Positions 61,937 through 64,000 of a stretch of 64,000 nucleotides of DNA are shown one piece after another. The position numbers were made by a program, and so were the translations under genes. Source of the stretch: an uncultured Alphaproteobacteria bacterium (GTDB lineage Bacteria; Pseudomonadota; Alphaproteobacteria; Rhizobiales; Xanthobacteraceae); assembly GCA_963840155.1 (NCBI GenBank), contig CAWIXP010000001.1:977804-1041803 (forward strand), in the 5' to 3' direction. The notes under the pieces are model-generated. The model made no database searches, was not told the origin of the DNA, and saw only the letters and a list, made by a program, of their open reading frames with translations. How positions within the stretch are numbered: position 1 is the first letter of the stretch; each line of letters begins with the position of its first letter.

Positions 61937-62494
61937 ATGCCCGATCTGCGCATCGAGGGCTATGTCATCGTGTCCGCCGACGGCAAGCTGGCGAACGCCG
62001 ACCACGTGATGCCGGATGAATTGAAATTCGAGGCCGATCAGGAGTTCTTCACCGCAGCCCTGGATCGTGCCGACCTGATTGTGCACGGCCGGCACTCCCA
62101 TGAAGGCCAGCCAAGCTCTCCACGACGCAAGCGACTGGTCCTGACCCGGACCGTCGCCACGCTCGCGCCCGATCCATCCAATCCCAAAGCGACGCTGTGG
62201 AATCCCGCCGGAGCGAGTTTCGAAGCCGCCTGCGATCGCGCCGGCTTGCGTTCCGGCATGGTCGCGATCATCGGCGGCCCCGATGTATTCGGGATGTTCA
62301 TGGATCGCTACCACGTGTTCTGGCTATCGGAAGCGCCGCGGGTACGGCTGCCGGACGGTGAGCCCTGCTTCCCGGGCGTGCCCGAACATTCACCACAGGA
62401 AATTCTGGCGGCACACGGCCTGACCGCTGGCGACGCCCAAATCCTCGATGGCGCCAATGGGGTCAGCGTCACACCGTGGCGGCGCGCAGCCTAG
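61937..62494 (+). CDS. Dihydrofolate reductase-like protein
   Basis: IVSADG, IVHGRHS and IIGGPDVF. Confidence 0.75.
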   Translation: MPDLRIEGYVIVSADGKLANADHVMPDELKFEADQEFFTAALDRADLIVHGRHSHEGQPSSPRRKRLVLTRTVATLAPDPSNPKATLWNPAGASFEAACDRAGLRSGMVAIIGGPDVFGMFMDRYHVFWLSEAPRVRLPDGEPCFPGVPEHSPQEILAAHGLTAGDAQILDGANGVSVTPWRRAA

Positions 62495-62553
62495 ATTGGA
62501 ATTTGCGCGCATCCTCCTCGCAAGGCCGCTGCCGGTTTTGCGGAATGCGCGCG

Positions 62554-63006
62554 CTAGACGTCGCCATAGGCTGGCTCTGTCGTCCGCGCGCCCCGGCCGT
62601 ATCCCGCGATCATGAACAGGGCGCCGATGATCGACAGGCTTTTCAGGGCGTCGACCAGGGTCTTGGCATTTTCCGGTGGCGATTGATTCCAGAAATCGTT
62701 GAAATAGAAGATGGTTGCCGCGACAAAGAAAATCAAAACGATTGCAAAGAACCGGGTGCCGAAATTAAGCGCGATCATCAATCCGCTGATGACCTCGATC
62801 GATCCAGCCACTATCGCGAGCAATTGCGGCGTGGACATTCCCGTCATCGTTTCCAGTTGCGAGGTGTAGGGTGCGAGCAGCGCAGGAATTGCAACTTTGG
62901 CGGCGATGAAATCAGCGGTGGCCTGAATGCCAAAAAGCTTTGTTGCTCCTGAATAGATAAAGAGCACGGCAAACAGAATTCGCCCGAAAATAATCAACGC
63001 TGGCAT
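62554..63006 (-). CDS. DoxX family membrane protein
   Basis: GRILFAVLFIYSG, EVISGLMI and KSLSIIGALF. Confidence 0.88.
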   Translation of the reverse strand: MPALIIFGRILFAVLFIYSGATKLFGIQATADFIAAKVAIPALLAPYTSQLETMTGMSTPQLLAIVAGSIEVISGLMIALNFGTRFFAIVLIFFVAATIFYFNDFWNQSPPENAKTLVDALKSLSIIGALFMIAGYGRGARTTEPAYGDV

Positions 63007-63124
63007 GGTCGCCTCACTGTATGCTGCAAATGCTAAGTCCTGGGGACGTGGAGCGCATCGATTATGGGCGTTCCGCTCCAGCTTTTCAAACGATCAAATC
63101 CGTCTCGCCATCTTGCGCCTGAAC

Positions 63125-64000
63125 CTAGCCAAATAGGCTCGGTTGCTGGCGGCTGGCACGCTCCTGGGCTTCAACGGCGGCGACCGCGGTCATATTGAGA
63201 ACGCCGCGCGCGGTTACCGAGGGCGTCAGGATGTGCGCCGGCCGCGCCGGACCGATCAGGATCGGCCCGACCGGGAGCGCATCCGCCAGCGCCTTGATCA
63301 TCTGATAGGCGACATTGGCGGTATCGAGGTTCGGCATGATCAGGATGTTGGCCTCGCCTTCCAGTTTTGAGTGCGGCAGGATCAGCTTCCGCGCGGCCTC
63401 GGAAAGCGCGGTATCGCCTTGCATTTCACCGTCGGCTTCAATTTCCGGATGGTTCTGCTTAAGAAGCGCGGCGGCATGGCGCATCTTGCGCGACGAGTCG
63501 GTATCGTAACTGCCAAAATCGGAATGTGACACGAAGGCGATTTTCGGCTTGAGTGTGAATCGCTGGACGTGGATCGCCGCCAGCGCCGCCATTTCGGCAA
63601 GCTCTTCGGCGCTCGGGTTCGGCCGAACCTGCGTGTCGGCGATGAAGTAAGCGCCCTTGCTGGTGATCATCAGCGCCAGCGCGGCAAAACCGCTCACCCC
63701 TGGGAGAAACCCGACGATCTCGCGCACGTGGCGCAGATGGCTCATATAGCTGCCCTCGACCCCACAGATCATGGCGTCAGCCTCGCCGCGGATCACGGCA
63801 AGGGCCGCTATCACCGTCGCGTTGGTACGCACCGCCGTGCGAGCGGCATCGGGGGTGACGCCGTGCCGGCCGGCGACGTCGATGTAGGATTGGACGTAGG
63901 AGCGGTAGCGTGGATCGTCCTCCGGATTGATCAGGTCAAAATCCTGGCCGACCTTGATGGCGAGGCCGAACCGCCTGATCCGCGCTTCGACCACCGAGGG
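63125..64000 (-). CDS. maeB: NADP-dependent malic enzyme, C-terminal phosphotransacetylase-like domain (partial, runs off the window)
   Basis: EADGEMQGD, NILIMPNLDTAN and GPILIGPARPAHILTPSVTARG. Confidence 0.85.
   Translation of the reverse strand, partial: PSVVEARIRRFGLAIKVGQDFDLINPEDDPRYRSYVQSYIDVAGRHGVTPDAARTAVRTNATVIAALAVIRGEADAMICGVEGSYMSHLRHVREIVGFLPGVSGFAALALMITSKGAYFIADTQVRPNPSAEELAEMAALAAIHVQRFTLKPKIAFVSHSDFGSYDTDSSRKMRHAAALLKQNHPEIEADGEMQGDTALSEAARKLILPHSKLEGEANILIMPNLDTANVAYQMIKALADALPVGPILIGPARPAHILTPSVTARGVLNMTAVAAVEAQERASRQQPSLFG

Overview
High-GC alphaproteobacterial chromosomal window. Gene content and order (amiC-rne-dctA, aroQ-accB-accC, aat, nrdJ, glnII, creA, malic enzyme) and the repeat families point to Bradyrhizobium or a close relative; this is inferred, not searched. 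About 60 mostly housekeeping CDSs. I found no tRNA, rRNA, CRISPR array or transposase. Six apparent single-base indels split otherwise intact genes, probably as sequencing/assembly errors. Main items worth follow-up: (1) a lower-GC cassette right after nrdJ with a DUF2188-like gene, an HTH/ImmA-IrrE (CapH/CapP-like) pair and a convergent gene with a HEPN-like RX4H motif; (2) a G/C-rich palindromic repeat family with G-quadruplex-type G-tracts, one copy of which is in frame inside nrdJ; (3) a ~630-bp non-coding, highly base-paired element nested among REP-like hairpins; (4) a three-gene MotA/TolQ/ExbB-type membrane module with non-canonical partners. Recognisable regulatory motifs: CtrA box (amiC), sigma-EcfG-type promoters, NrdR-like box (nrdJ), sigma54 promoter (glnII). 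Family assignments come from motifs and recall, not database searches.
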